From Candidatus Marinacidobacterales bacterium (GTDB lineage: Bacteria > Acidobacteriota > Vicinamibacteria > Marinacidobacterales > DATDRI01), in the NCBI GenBank assembly GCA_965226495.1, contig OZ245365.1, forward strand, positions 2,336,001-2,400,000: 64,000 nucleotides of DNA, in the 5' to 3' direction. The translations under genes and the position numbers were made by a program. The notes under the pieces are model-generated. The model ran no database searches. It was given only the letters and a program-made list of their open reading frames with translations, and was not told the origin of the DNA. Below, in pieces: positions 1 through 8,723 of the stretch (position 1 is the first letter of the stretch; every line of letters begins with the position of its first letter).

Positions 1-9
1 GGTGACGAA

Positions 10-174
10 TTACTGATCGGTGGACGCGCCTTCCTCTTCCGCTCGTCGTCTCTTCTCGTGGACGCCGCGTTCCGCGCGGGTCGGGCGTGCCTTGCTGCGG
101 CGGGAGAGCCCTTTGACGGCTTTGACTGTCCTTTTCCGGGCTGACGATTTCTTTTTCTTCTTGCGGCTGGCCAT
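10..174 (-). CDS. small Lys/Arg-rich hypothetical protein (54 aa)
   Basis: Read by hand (below the ORF-track cutoff): ATG at 174, TAA at 12-10, MASRKKKKKSSARKRTVKAVKGLSRRSKARPTRAERGVHEKRRRAEEEGASTDQ; -10-like CATAGT 7 nt upstream of the ATG. Confidence 0.45.
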   Translation of the reverse strand: MASRKKKKKSSARKRTVKAVKGLSRRSKARPTRAERGVHEKRRRAEEEGASTDQ

Positions 175-189
175 CGACGGCACTATGAG

Positions 190-489
190 TCAATGAATGA
201 TTTGGGGCTCCCCCGAGCCCTCGATAACCACGCGCGCCGCCGAACCCCGGGAGTCGACGAACAGAATGTGAATCGGAAGGGCGTGGAGACCGCCGGCCGA
301 GTGTTGGGCAAGAAACGTCGGCTTCAGATCCGCCGTCTCTCCGATTCGCTCGAAGCTTCCCATATCCATGGACCCGTTCGCAGCAATCGCTGAAAAGTAA
401 AGGGGAGCCTCGAATCCTTTCGCCTGGAGATTTTCGATGATCTCCGTAAACTCTTCAGAAGCCATGTATTCGCGAAGGTTGCGTTCCAT
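190..489 (-). CDS. hypothetical protein (about 99 aa)
   Basis: 3' part of ORF 190..696; start trimmed to MERNLRE (ATG 489) to avoid overlap with the + gene at 578; globular-looking composition. Confidence 0.55.
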   Translation of the reverse strand: MERNLREYMASEEFTEIIENLQAKGFEAPLYFSAIAANGSMDMGSFERIGETADLKPTFLAQHSAGGLHALPIHILFVDSRGSAARVVIEGSGEPQIIH

Positions 490-577
490 ATTCGTGTCTC
501 TGCGGCTGTTGGTAGCAGTTTCCCGGTTTCTTCGACTATAGTCAATTAGGCGAGGAGTCGCCGAAAGGAGCTCACTC

Positions 578-1156
578 ATGGCCTCCAACTCTCCGCGCGA
601 AATGTTGGAGTCACTGGCCCGGAACCTCCCCAACCGAACCGGCAAGACGCTCGAGCAATGGGCCCGCTTGGTCAAAACGAAAGGGCCTAAGACCACTAGG
701 GAGCGCGTTGCCTGGTTGCGGAAGCATCACAGTCTGGGCGGTCCCACCGCGGCGGTCATCGTTGCCAAGGCGGAGGGGCAAGATCTTGCCGCGCCCTATG
801 AGGCGGGTGATCAGCTCGTCGAGTCCATGTTTTCGGGAGGGAAGGCGGAGCTCAAACCGATTTACGAAGCGGCGGTGAGATCGGCCGCGACGCTTGGAAA
901 AGACGTCGTCGTTTCACCTCGCAAGACCTACGTGACGCTGACGCGCAAACGCCAATTCGCGGCAATCCAGCCGAGCACGCTCACGCGAGTGGACCTGGGA
1001 CTGGTGCTCCCCGGCGTCAAGGCTAAGGGGCGACTCCAAGAGTCCGATCGCGTTGGAGGTGGACGCGTCACTCACTGCATTGCGCTTACCAAGGTCGGCG
1101 ACTTCAATGCCGAAGTCAAGAAGTGGCTGAAGGCCGCCTACGAGCAAGACGCATAA
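578..1156 (+). CDS. DUF4287/DUF5655-type protein
   Basis: N-terminal 'NLPNRTGKTLEQW...WLRKHHSLG' and C-terminal 'SPRKTYVTLTRKRQFA...WLKAAYE' fit this two-domain family; AGGAG RBS. Confidence 0.8.
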   Translation: MASNSPREMLESLARNLPNRTGKTLEQWARLVKTKGPKTTRERVAWLRKHHSLGGPTAAVIVAKAEGQDLAAPYEAGDQLVESMFSGGKAELKPIYEAAVRSAATLGKDVVVSPRKTYVTLTRKRQFAAIQPSTLTRVDLGLVLPGVKAKGRLQESDRVGGGRVTHCIALTKVGDFNAEVKKWLKAAYEQDA

Positions 1157-1178
1157 ACGTCGAGGCTCATTAGATATT

Positions 1179-2513
1179 TTGTCAGTCCCAGCGCGCCACA
1201 CCAAAAAAATAGAGATAGCCCTCATCCTCATCGGTCTGGCAGTTCTCTTCTTCTGCCTTCCTCATTTCGTTTCCGGTGATGGATACCTTCGGTTTCGGGC
1301 GCTAAGACGCCTGAGCGAAACAGGGCAGATCGTGCGCACCGGGCATTCCATGATCGGCCCCCTGTTTGCGTTCCTGTTATGGCCGCTGGGCAAGTTATAT
1401 GAATCGGCGGAATGGTGGATTGCGAGGTTCAATTGTTTCGTTTTCGCCGGAGGGCTGTTCGTTTTCTATCGACTCCTGAAAGACAAGCTTGACCCGAGTG
1501 TAGTCCGGAAATTCTTGCTGATTCTTTTGATCGGTTCGATGTTTCCGAGTCATTTGAAGGACTTTTATGGAGAAGTGTTCACCGCGGTGGTGGTGGGTGC
1601 GGCCCTTCTCGCAACGCAGGTGGGTCATCCTCGATGGTCCCGATGGGCCGGCTGGGGATGGGCCGGGGTGGTCGTCGGTGCGGTCAACACGCCGGCTGCC
1701 ATGGTAGGCGTCGGGACCGTCGCTGCGTCGGAGACACTTTACAAGAAACGCTTTCGGTATCTTCTCGTGCCGGTCGCAGCGGCCGGATTGGTTCTCTTCG
1801 AGTCTTGGGTGAGGCGGGGCTCTCCGTGGCTCACAGGTTACGAAGGAAACGCGGGAGCGGAAACCATACTGACGTACTCCGGCCAACCGGGCTTCAGCTA
1901 TCCGCTTTTTCTCGGGGTTCTTTCACTCCTTTTTTCCTTTGGGAAGGGGTTGGTGTTCTTTGCCCCGGGACTCTTGCTCTCTTTTGGCGGCGCGATGGCG
2001 TCTCTCAAAGAGGAGCTGAGGCGCAGCTACCGTCTGTGGATCTGGTTCCTGGTTGGCTTGGTCCTCGTCTACTCGAAGTGGTGGGCGTGGTATGGGGGCT
2101 GGACGTGGGGGCCGAGGTTTCTCCTCTTCGCATCGATTCCGGCGTCGTTTGCACTCGCAGTGGGTTTGTCACGGGTCGGAAAGTCGGTAGGGAAGAACCT
2201 GCTCGTTCTTCTGCTGCTGGCCGCGTCGTTTTGGGTCGGCGCCAACGGTGCCGTCTTTGGGCTCGACTATCTGGAGGATTGCCGAGCCGCTGACTATGAG
2301 TTCTTGTGTTGGTACGTACCGGAGTTCAGCGTGCTGTGGCGGCCTTTCGTCGCCAGGGACCTCCCGGACGGTAGGGAAGCAGCACTCCTAGGCTACGGAC
2401 TTCTGGTGTTCGCGTACCTCGCGGGTCCTCTTGTCCGCGCGCTAGGTGGCGGGCTCCGAAAGGGCTTCTCCGATCTAGGGACGCGTTATCTGGGTACTGG
2501 CTGGCGTTTCTAG
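1179..2513 (+). CDS. multi-pass membrane protein, putative GT-C fold glycosyltransferase
   Basis: About 10-12 hydrophobic segments, first-loop SGDG, 'WWAWYGGWTWGPRFL' motif. Confidence 0.6.
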   Translation: MSVPARHTKKIEIALILIGLAVLFFCLPHFVSGDGYLRFRALRRLSETGQIVRTGHSMIGPLFAFLLWPLGKLYESAEWWIARFNCFVFAGGLFVFYRLLKDKLDPSVVRKFLLILLIGSMFPSHLKDFYGEVFTAVVVGAALLATQVGHPRWSRWAGWGWAGVVVGAVNTPAAMVGVGTVAASETLYKKRFRYLLVPVAAAGLVLFESWVRRGSPWLTGYEGNAGAETILTYSGQPGFSYPLFLGVLSLLFSFGKGLVFFAPGLLLSFGGAMASLKEELRRSYRLWIWFLVGLVLVYSKWWAWYGGWTWGPRFLLFASIPASFALAVGLSRVGKSVGKNLLVLLLLAASFWVGANGAVFGLDYLEDCRAADYEFLCWYVPEFSVLWRPFVARDLPDGREAALLGYGLLVFAYLAGPLVRALGGGLRKGFSDLGTRYLGTGWRF

Positions 2514-2539
2514 CGTCTCCCAAGACTTCCGTTTTTGAC

Positions 2540-2602
2540 TTGACAAGGAAGCCCCCCAGTTGTATATTTGCAGGGTACAACTAAAAGGCTTGTAGCATGC
2601 AA
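2540..2602 (+). promoter_or_regulatory. sigma70 promoter with overlapping candidate MarR operators
   Basis: TTGACA (2540-2545), 17 bp, TATATT (2563-2568); palindromes TTGCAGGGTACAA (2568-2580) and TTGTAGCATGCAA (2590-2602). Confidence 0.75.
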
Positions 2603-3085
2603 ATAACGAAAGAAGGCATCGCGGAAGCGACTCCAGAGCTCAAGCGCTCGGCCGTGACGCTCCATCGGGCCCTCACCGACTTCGTGCGGCAGTATCAATT
2701 CCGAAACCGCAACGAGATCTGCTGCTACGGCGTCACCGTGTCTCAGTGCTATTTACTCGACGCGCTGGCCACACGAGGTCCACTTTCCATGCAGGAGCTG
2801 GCGGGCCACCTGTGTTTGAAGATCAGCACCGTGACCCGGCTCGTCGATGGCCTGGTGAAGAAGAAGCTCGTCCGGCGCCAAAAGGATAGCGAGGACCGTC
2901 GGGTCGTACGCGCCGAGCTCACAGACGCGGGCCAGAAGACGCAGGAAAAGATTACCGGTGACCTGCTAGCGACGCAGGAGCAGATTCTTCTATCCATGCC
3001 CGAGAATGTGCGGGAGGAAGTCGTGCGGGCTATCTGCACTCTTGTTCGAAAGGTGAGTCCGGGGAGTAGCGAGTGCTGCGTTTGA
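2597..3085 (+). CDS. MarR-family transcriptional regulator with vicinal Cys pairs (candidate arsenic sensor)
   Basis: wHTH 'LSMQELAGHL...STVTRLVDGLVKKKLVRR..DSEDRRVV..ELTDAG'; EICC and C-terminal SECCV; directly upstream of arsM. Confidence 0.9.
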   Translation: MQITKEGIAEATPELKRSAVTLHRALTDFVRQYQFRNRNEICCYGVTVSQCYLLDALATRGPLSMQELAGHLCLKISTVTRLVDGLVKKKLVRRQKDSEDRRVVRAELTDAGQKTQEKITGDLLATQEQILLSMPENVREEVVRAICTLVRKVSPGSSECCV

Positions 3086-3106
3086 GCCCTTTTTTTGCGG
3101 CAATGC

Positions 3107-3119
3107 TTGCAGCATACAA
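3107..3119 (+). promoter_or_regulatory. third copy of candidate MarR operator
   Basis: TTGCAGCATACAA fits TTGYA-N3-TRCAA, just upstream of the arsM RBS. Confidence 0.55.
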
Positions 3120-3135
3120 ATAACAGGAGGCGAAG

Positions 3136-4041
3136 ATGACGAATGCGGTTCAGATCAAGGAAAAAGTAAAAGACCATTACACACGTGCTGTCGAGGGACG
3201 GGGTGGATGTTGCGGCCCTGCGCCTCATAAGACAAAACGAGAGGCCGGTGAGGCTTCGCCAAAGAGTGGTTGTTGCGGCGGCGGAACCGACCTCGTCAAC
3301 CTTTCCGGATACAAGAAAGACGAGCTCGCGAGTCTGCCGGAGGACGCCGTCCAGAGCTCCTTCGGCTGCGGTAACCCCGTTGCCTTTGCTGGCGTTCAAG
3401 AGGGACAAACGGTCGTCGATATCGGCTCCGGAGCGGGGATCGACTGTCTCCTAGCGGCGGAGCGAGTGGGCCCAGAAGGCCAGGTGATCGGTCTCGACAT
3501 GACCCCGTTGATGATCGAAAGGGCACGTGCCAACGTTCGCAAAGCGGGAGCCGACAACGTCGAGTTCCGCTTGGGCGACGCAGAGACGATGCCCATCGAG
3601 GACGGGGAAGCAGACTGGATCGTCTCCAATTGCGTCATCAACCTCGCGCCCGACAAGAAGAAGGTTTTTCGCGAAGCCTATCGCGTGTTGAAACCCGGGG
3701 GACGAGTTTCCGTCAGCGATATCGTCGCCCGCATTCCGCGCCCATTCCGAACCCCGACGCTTTATGCTTCTTGCTTGAGCGGAGCCCTGCCGGAAGAGGA
3801 TTACTTGGACGCGATCCAAAGCGCCGGTTTCACCGACGTCAAAGTGGTCGGGCGACACGTTTACGACACCGAGCAGCTTTCGGCTCTCTTCGGCGAGCAT
3901 GGATGGGTCGGCGCTTTCTTGCGACTTGCGGCAAGCCCGCGTTCCCGCGTGCTGAGACCATTGGCCAACCGCTTGCTGGGACGAGTAGCCAGCATCCAGG
4001 TCTCAGCGGTGAAGCCGACCCGGGAGCAAGCGGCAGCGTGA
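3136..4041 (+). CDS. arsM: arsenite S-adenosylmethionine methyltransferase
   Basis: SFGCGNP, VVDIGSGAGID, SNCVINL, ASCLSGA and N-terminal CC pairs. Confidence 0.9.
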   Translation: MTNAVQIKEKVKDHYTRAVEGRGGCCGPAPHKTKREAGEASPKSGCCGGGTDLVNLSGYKKDELASLPEDAVQSSFGCGNPVAFAGVQEGQTVVDIGSGAGIDCLLAAERVGPEGQVIGLDMTPLMIERARANVRKAGADNVEFRLGDAETMPIEDGEADWIVSNCVINLAPDKKKVFREAYRVLKPGGRVSVSDIVARIPRPFRTPTLYASCLSGALPEEDYLDAIQSAGFTDVKVVGRHVYDTEQLSALFGEHGWVGAFLRLAASPRSRVLRPLANRLLGRVASIQVSAVKPTREQAAA

Positions 4042-4520
4042 ACACCGCCATTCGAGCCGCGGACCAGAGCGAGCTCTCCGAAGTGCTCGCTCTAGTCAGC
4101 GACTGTGACCTTCCCGTCGACGGTGTCGAGGAGAACCTAGCCGGTTTTCTTGTCGCCCGAGAGAATGAAACGCTGGTCGGAACGATCGGGCTCGAATGCT
4201 ATGGTGAGGTGGGTCTCCTCCGCTCGCTGGCTGTGGCATCGAGCGGACGGGGCCAGGGATTGGGTGGAAGGTTGGTAGAGATGCTACTCGGTCACGCGAA
4301 GGAGCGGGGCGTGACTACGGTCTACTTGTTGACCGAAACGGCGGGAAATTTCTTCCCGCGTTTCGGCTTCAAGAAAATGCCTCGCGTGGAGCTCGACCCT
4401 GCTCTCGACGCTTCTCGGGAACTACAAGGGGTTTGCTCAGAAACCGCTGTGGCCATGCGCTTGAGGCTCGGCCAAGGTCCCTACTCCGTGATCGCCAGTA
4501 AATCCAACAGAAACGTGTAG
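4038..4520 (+). CDS. arsN2: arsenic-resistance GNAT N-acetyltransferase (ArsN2-like)
   Basis: GTG at 4038 overlaps the arsM stop (GTGA); 'GLLRSLAV...RGQGLG...YLLTETA..FF.RFGF...C...AVAM'. Confidence 0.8.
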   Translation: MNTAIRAADQSELSEVLALVSDCDLPVDGVEENLAGFLVARENETLVGTIGLECYGEVGLLRSLAVASSGRGQGLGGRLVEMLLGHAKERGVTTVYLLTETAGNFFPRFGFKKMPRVELDPALDASRELQGVCSETAVAMRLRLGQGPYSVIASKSNRNV

Positions 4521-6580
4521 GCGAGCGCGGTCTCCTGGTGACGCTTGAATCGTCCCGACGGCCCGCCGTGACCGGCGTCCATGTTGGTTTTCAATATCAG
4601 AACGTTGTCATCGGTCTTCAGGGCTCGTAGCTTCGCCACCCACTTTGCGGGCTCCCAGTACTGCACTTGGGAATCGTGGAGCCCGGCGGTGATCAGCAAG
4701 TGTGGGTAATCTTTAGCCTCGACGTTGTCATAGGGCGAGTAGGACAGCATGTAGTCGTAATATTCTTTGTCATTGGGATCGCCCCACTCGTCGTACTCGC
4801 CGGTGGTAAGGGGAATGTCGGGGTCGAGCATCGTTGTAACCACATCGACGAAAGGTACATCCGCGACCACTCCTTCGAAAAGCTCGGGTGCCATGTTTAC
4901 GACCGCACCTATCAGCAGGCCGCCGGCGCTTCCGCCCATCGCGAAAAGCCGGTCTTTACTCGTGTAACCTTCCGCGACCAAATACTCGCCACAGTCGATG
5001 AAGTCGGTGAAAGTGTTTTTCTTCGTGAGAAGCTTGCCATTTTCGTACCATTGACGTCCGAGCTCCTGGCCGCCACGAATATGGGCGATGGCGTAGGCGA
5101 AGCCGCGCTCCAGGAGGCTCAACCGCGACGAGCTGAAGGTGGGGTCCATCGACATGCCATAGGAACCGTACGCGTAGAGGAGTAGCGGCGCGCTCCCGTC
5201 CTTTTTCGTGCCCTTGGGGAAGACGATGGAGATGGGCACCTTCTTGCCGTCTCTCGCCACGGCGTGGAGACGCTCGGTGCGGTAGTCGGTGGAGTCAAAA
5301 TCACCGACCACCTCGTCCTGCTTGAGCAAAATTTTCTCCTTCGTCACCATGTCGTAATCGTAGGTCGACCACGGAGTGGCCATGGATGAATAGCCGTAGC
5401 GTAAGACCCGGCTGCCGAGCTCCCGGTTCGTGCTGGTGTAGGCGAAATAGGCCGGCTCTCCGAAATCCAGGTAGTGTTCATGACTACCGTCCCAAGGAAT
5501 GACGCGGATGTGATTGAGTCCGTCCTCGCGCTCGGTCACCACCAGGAAGTCCTGGAAGAGATCGTAGTCCCTCAAGAATACGTCGGTGCGGTGGGGGATG
5601 ACTTCGCGCCACTTCTTCTTGTCGGTGTTGGCGAGGGCAGTTTCCATGAGCCGGAAGTTCGGTGCTTCCCAGTTGGTTCGGATATAGAACTTGTCGGCCA
5701 GGTGCTCGACGGAATACTCGTGATTCGGCTCCCTCGGTAGGATAACCTTGAACTCACCGGTCGGGTTCGCCGCCTCGAGGTAGCGATACTCGGTGCTGAG
5801 CGTCTGGGAGGTGCCGATAATGAGGTACTTCCGCGACTTGGTCCTCGAGATGAAGCAGCTGAATTCTTCATCGGCTTCCTCGTATACCAAGGCATCTCTG
5901 GTCGGATCGGTGCCTAGGACGTGCCGATAGATTCGATCGGATCGCAGCGTCTCGGGGTCCTGCTTGGTGTAGAAGATCGTCTTGTTATCGTTGGCCCAGG
6001 CGACGTTCCCGGTCACGTCGGGAAGGACGTCGTCGTACATCTCCCCGGTTGTGAGGTTCTTGAAGCGCAGCGTATAGAACCGTCGCCCGACGGTATCGAC
6101 GCTGAAGGCGAGAACGTCCCGGCCCGAGCTCACCGACAGGGTGCCGAGCGAGAAGAAGTCGTGCCCCTGGGCGAGCTCGTTGGCGTTGACCATGATCTGC
6201 TCTGGCGCGTCGAGGGAGTCTTTCTTGCGGCCGTAGATGGCGTATTCCTCGTCTCCTTGATAGCGGTAGTAGTAGTAATAGCCGTCGTACGGGAAGGGGG
6301 CGGACGCGTCGTCTTTCTTGATGCGCCCCTTGATCTCCTCGAAGAGTGCGTCCTGCAGCTTCTCGGTGTGTTTCATAACGCCGTCGAGATAGGCGTTCTC
6401 GGCGGTTAGGTAGTCGATGACTTCTGGGTTTTCCCGCTCCTTCAGCCAGTAGTAGTTGTCGGTTCTCACGTCCCCGTGCATTTCGAGCTGATGGGGGACG
6501 ATCTTGGCTTTGGGAGGCGTGATTGTGTCCTTGGGTTCCACCAGGCTCAAGACTAGCACGGCCATTAGTAGAAGTCGCAA
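4481..6580 (-). CDS. ptrB: oligopeptidase B (S9A peptidase) with signal peptide
   Basis: DNYYWL, GGSAGG nucleophile, DSQVQYWEPAKWVAKLR, AGHGG. Confidence 0.95.
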   Translation of the reverse strand: MRLLLMAVLVLSLVEPKDTITPPKAKIVPHQLEMHGDVRTDNYYWLKERENPEVIDYLTAENAYLDGVMKHTEKLQDALFEEIKGRIKKDDASAPFPYDGYYYYYRYQGDEEYAIYGRKKDSLDAPEQIMVNANELAQGHDFFSLGTLSVSSGRDVLAFSVDTVGRRFYTLRFKNLTTGEMYDDVLPDVTGNVAWANDNKTIFYTKQDPETLRSDRIYRHVLGTDPTRDALVYEEADEEFSCFISRTKSRKYLIIGTSQTLSTEYRYLEAANPTGEFKVILPREPNHEYSVEHLADKFYIRTNWEAPNFRLMETALANTDKKKWREVIPHRTDVFLRDYDLFQDFLVVTEREDGLNHIRVIPWDGSHEHYLDFGEPAYFAYTSTNRELGSRVLRYGYSSMATPWSTYDYDMVTKEKILLKQDEVVGDFDSTDYRTERLHAVARDGKKVPISIVFPKGTKKDGSAPLLLYAYGSYGMSMDPTFSSSRLSLLERGFAYAIAHIRGGQELGRQWYENGKLLTKKNTFTDFIDCGEYLVAEGYTSKDRLFAMGGSAGGLLIGAVVNMAPELFEGVVADVPFVDVVTTMLDPDIPLTTGEYDEWGDPNDKEYYDYMLSYSPYDNVEAKDYPHLLITAGLHDSQVQYWEPAKWVAKLRALKTDDNVLILKTNMDAGHGGPSGRFKRHQETALAYTFLLDLLAITE

Positions 6581-6615
6581 CGAAGTGTCCTCTCTGTACG
6601 TTTAGCGCGATTTCC

Positions 6616-7629
6616 TCAGCGGCGCCAGCTCAGTCCGACGAAAGCCCCTCCGTTGCGGCGGCAAAGCTCTCGCATCAAGGTCGCGAACCGTACACCGGTG
6701 TTCTCCGGAAATCCCGACTGAGAGAACATGACCGGGAAGCCGATACCGTGGATTCGAACCAAGCGATTCCCTTGCGAATCTTCCTTGTTGATGCGATCGA
6801 CGGTCTCGACGACAGCGTCGATAGAGCGTCCGGTGAACTCGTCGCCGAAGACGTAGAGACTAATCTTCTTGTCGGGCGCGGCGTAGCGCCTAATGGCGCG
6901 CGTAATTCCTTCCACCGGGCTGCTGTTGCTGAAGGGAGACCATGTCCGGAGCCGGTCGAGAATCACTTGACGCCTCCCCGGAGTGTCCGGAATCCATCTG
7001 CCAGCGTAGTTGCTGAACATGTGCTGGCCCATGTCGTTCATGACCTGCAGACCCTTCACCTTGGGATAAATGTCGAGCGTCTCTTTCATCTTTCGGTTGA
7101 CCATGGACCAGGCGTAGTTGTGCATGCTGCCCGACGTATCGATGATAAAGATGACGTACTCACTGTCGACGGGTATCCCTCCGACGGTGGCGTCCTTGGG
7201 ATCGCGTCGATGGGCGAGACCGAGAAGCCGTTTCATCTCCTCGTTCAGCTCTTGACGTGCGGCGAGTAGGCGACCCTCCACGATATCGCTGACTTCCGAG
7301 AGCTCCTCGCTGGCCGCGTACTCCCCTCGAATCTTGGAGAAATCACCGCGGAGGCGAGCAATTCGGACGCGCTCCTTGGATACTTGCTCTTCCTTGGAGA
7401 TGAGCTTCCGATTCAGAACGTTCGTCTCGCCGCGGATCTCGTAGAGCTCTTCTTGAAGGCGGGCGACCAGGCCTTCGAGCTCGATCCGTAGCGCCTCGAG
7501 GGCGCGGGGCTCACCGATCTTGGTCAAGACCAACAACAGAATGATGGCGCCGAAGCCGCAGCAAATACAATCCAGGAAGGACAGGCTGAAGCCCGCACTA
7601 TCGCTTCGTCGTTTGGCCCTTCTCTTCAT
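6616..7629 (-). CDS. ExbD/MotB-like TM anchor + coiled coil + VWA domain protein
   Basis: 'SLSFLDCICCGFGAIILLLVL' TM with Asp; coiled coil; MIDAS IIDTSGSM; YVFGDE. Confidence 0.8.
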   Translation of the reverse strand: MKRRAKRRSDSAGFSLSFLDCICCGFGAIILLLVLTKIGEPRALEALRIELEGLVARLQEELYEIRGETNVLNRKLISKEEQVSKERVRIARLRGDFSKIRGEYAASEELSEVSDIVEGRLLAARQELNEEMKRLLGLAHRRDPKDATVGGIPVDSEYVIFIIDTSGSMHNYAWSMVNRKMKETLDIYPKVKGLQVMNDMGQHMFSNYAGRWIPDTPGRRQVILDRLRTWSPFSNSSPVEGITRAIRRYAAPDKKISLYVFGDEFTGRSIDAVVETVDRINKEDSQGNRLVRIHGIGFPVMFSQSGFPENTGVRFATLMRELCRRNGGAFVGLSWRR

Positions 7630-7631
7630 CC

Positions 7632-8723
7632 CTACGGCCAGTTCCGGGAAGGGCTCATGAAGGAGCCTCCGGTTGCGAGAGCGAGCTTCCAGTAGGCACT
7701 AGATGCCATCGGATCGCCCTCCATGGGAAAAAGAATGACGTTCATCGGTACCTTCGATTGAAGCGCCTTCACTGCTTCGTTGAAGAGCTTGATGCGGTCC
7801 TTGCCGGATATCGTGCTGCGCCGGGAGGGTGACCGACCCTGAGTGGGGAGGCCGTCCACGAGCAACATGATGTTGTCGGGCGCGGGTCGCAGCGTTCGGA
7901 TCGATTGAAGCGCTTGATACAGATTCGTTCCCCCCTGCGGCACGACGCTGCGAAGCTGCTGCACCGTTTCGTCGAGCACTTTTCGGTCACCGCCGTCCAG
8001 CCAGTCACCGTCCGTGCCCGGCATCACCGAGCTGACGCTGGTGTTGAAGGTGTAGATCTGAAAGCTCGAGTCCCTGGGGATTTGTGTGGTCAACCAATCG
8101 ACGGTGGCCAGCGTTTGTTGCCACTTGTCGGCGCGGATCTTGACGTGGTCGGGAAGGTTCCGGCGTCGCACTACGTTGACGATCGTCGACGCAAGCATGC
8201 TCGCGGATGCATCGACCAGGAACAGAATCCGGCGGCCTCCGACCTTGAGACCGGTGAGGTATTGCCGGTCTCCGTCCCCGACGAATGTTCGAATTTTGTC
8301 CCCGGGAGTCTCTTCGCTTGGAGCGGCTGCCGACAGTCGCTTGACGTCTTCCTCGAGAGATTTCAAATCCGCCTTCAGACGGTTGATGTGCTCTCGTTGT
8401 GCGACGGTTGAGTCCTGATAGGTGGCAAGTTCGACTCGGATCTCCTCGAGGGTTTCGATGAGGCGCCGGGAAAGTCCGGCGGTGACGACGTTTTCCTCAT
8501 CGATCTCGCGAAGCGAGTTTTTGACCTCGACGAGGTTCTGGTAGCCCTCGAGGACTTCTTCCTCCAATCGGTTGACTTCGCCCTGAAGCTCTCCGGTCAT
8601 GCGTCCCGAGATCCTGCCGAAGCTGGCGGTAACGATCATGAAGAACAGAACCACCGCGCCGAAGCCACAGGTCATGGCGTCCAAGAAGGACAGGCTGAGA
8701 ACGTTGATCCTACGGCGTGCCAT
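7632..8723 (-). CDS. ExbD/MotB-like TM anchor + coiled coil + VWA domain protein (paralogue)
   Basis: 'SLSFLDAMTCGFGAVVLFFMI'; LVDASASM; GGTNL; LLVDGLP. Confidence 0.8.
   Translation of the reverse strand: MARRRINVLSLSFLDAMTCGFGAVVLFFMIVTASFGRISGRMTGELQGEVNRLEEEVLEGYQNLVEVKNSLREIDEENVVTAGLSRRLIETLEEIRVELATYQDSTVAQREHINRLKADLKSLEEDVKRLSAAAPSEETPGDKIRTFVGDGDRQYLTGLKVGGRRILFLVDASASMLASTIVNVVRRRNLPDHVKIRADKWQQTLATVDWLTTQIPRDSSFQIYTFNTSVSSVMPGTDGDWLDGGDRKVLDETVQQLRSVVPQGGTNLYQALQSIRTLRPAPDNIMLLVDGLPTQGRSPSRRSTISGKDRIKLFNEAVKALQSKVPMNVILFPMEGDPMASSAYWKLALATGGSFMSPSRNWP

Noticed and set aside
3630-4037. N-terminal extension of the GNAT ORF
   Set aside because: Overlaps arsM in another frame; GNAT similarity starts at GTG 4038
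4481-4520. 40-bp convergent overlap of arsN2 and ptrB as a regulatory device
   Set aside because: Best explained by stop-codon read-out at an insertion boundary; the tail lies beyond the conserved GNAT end
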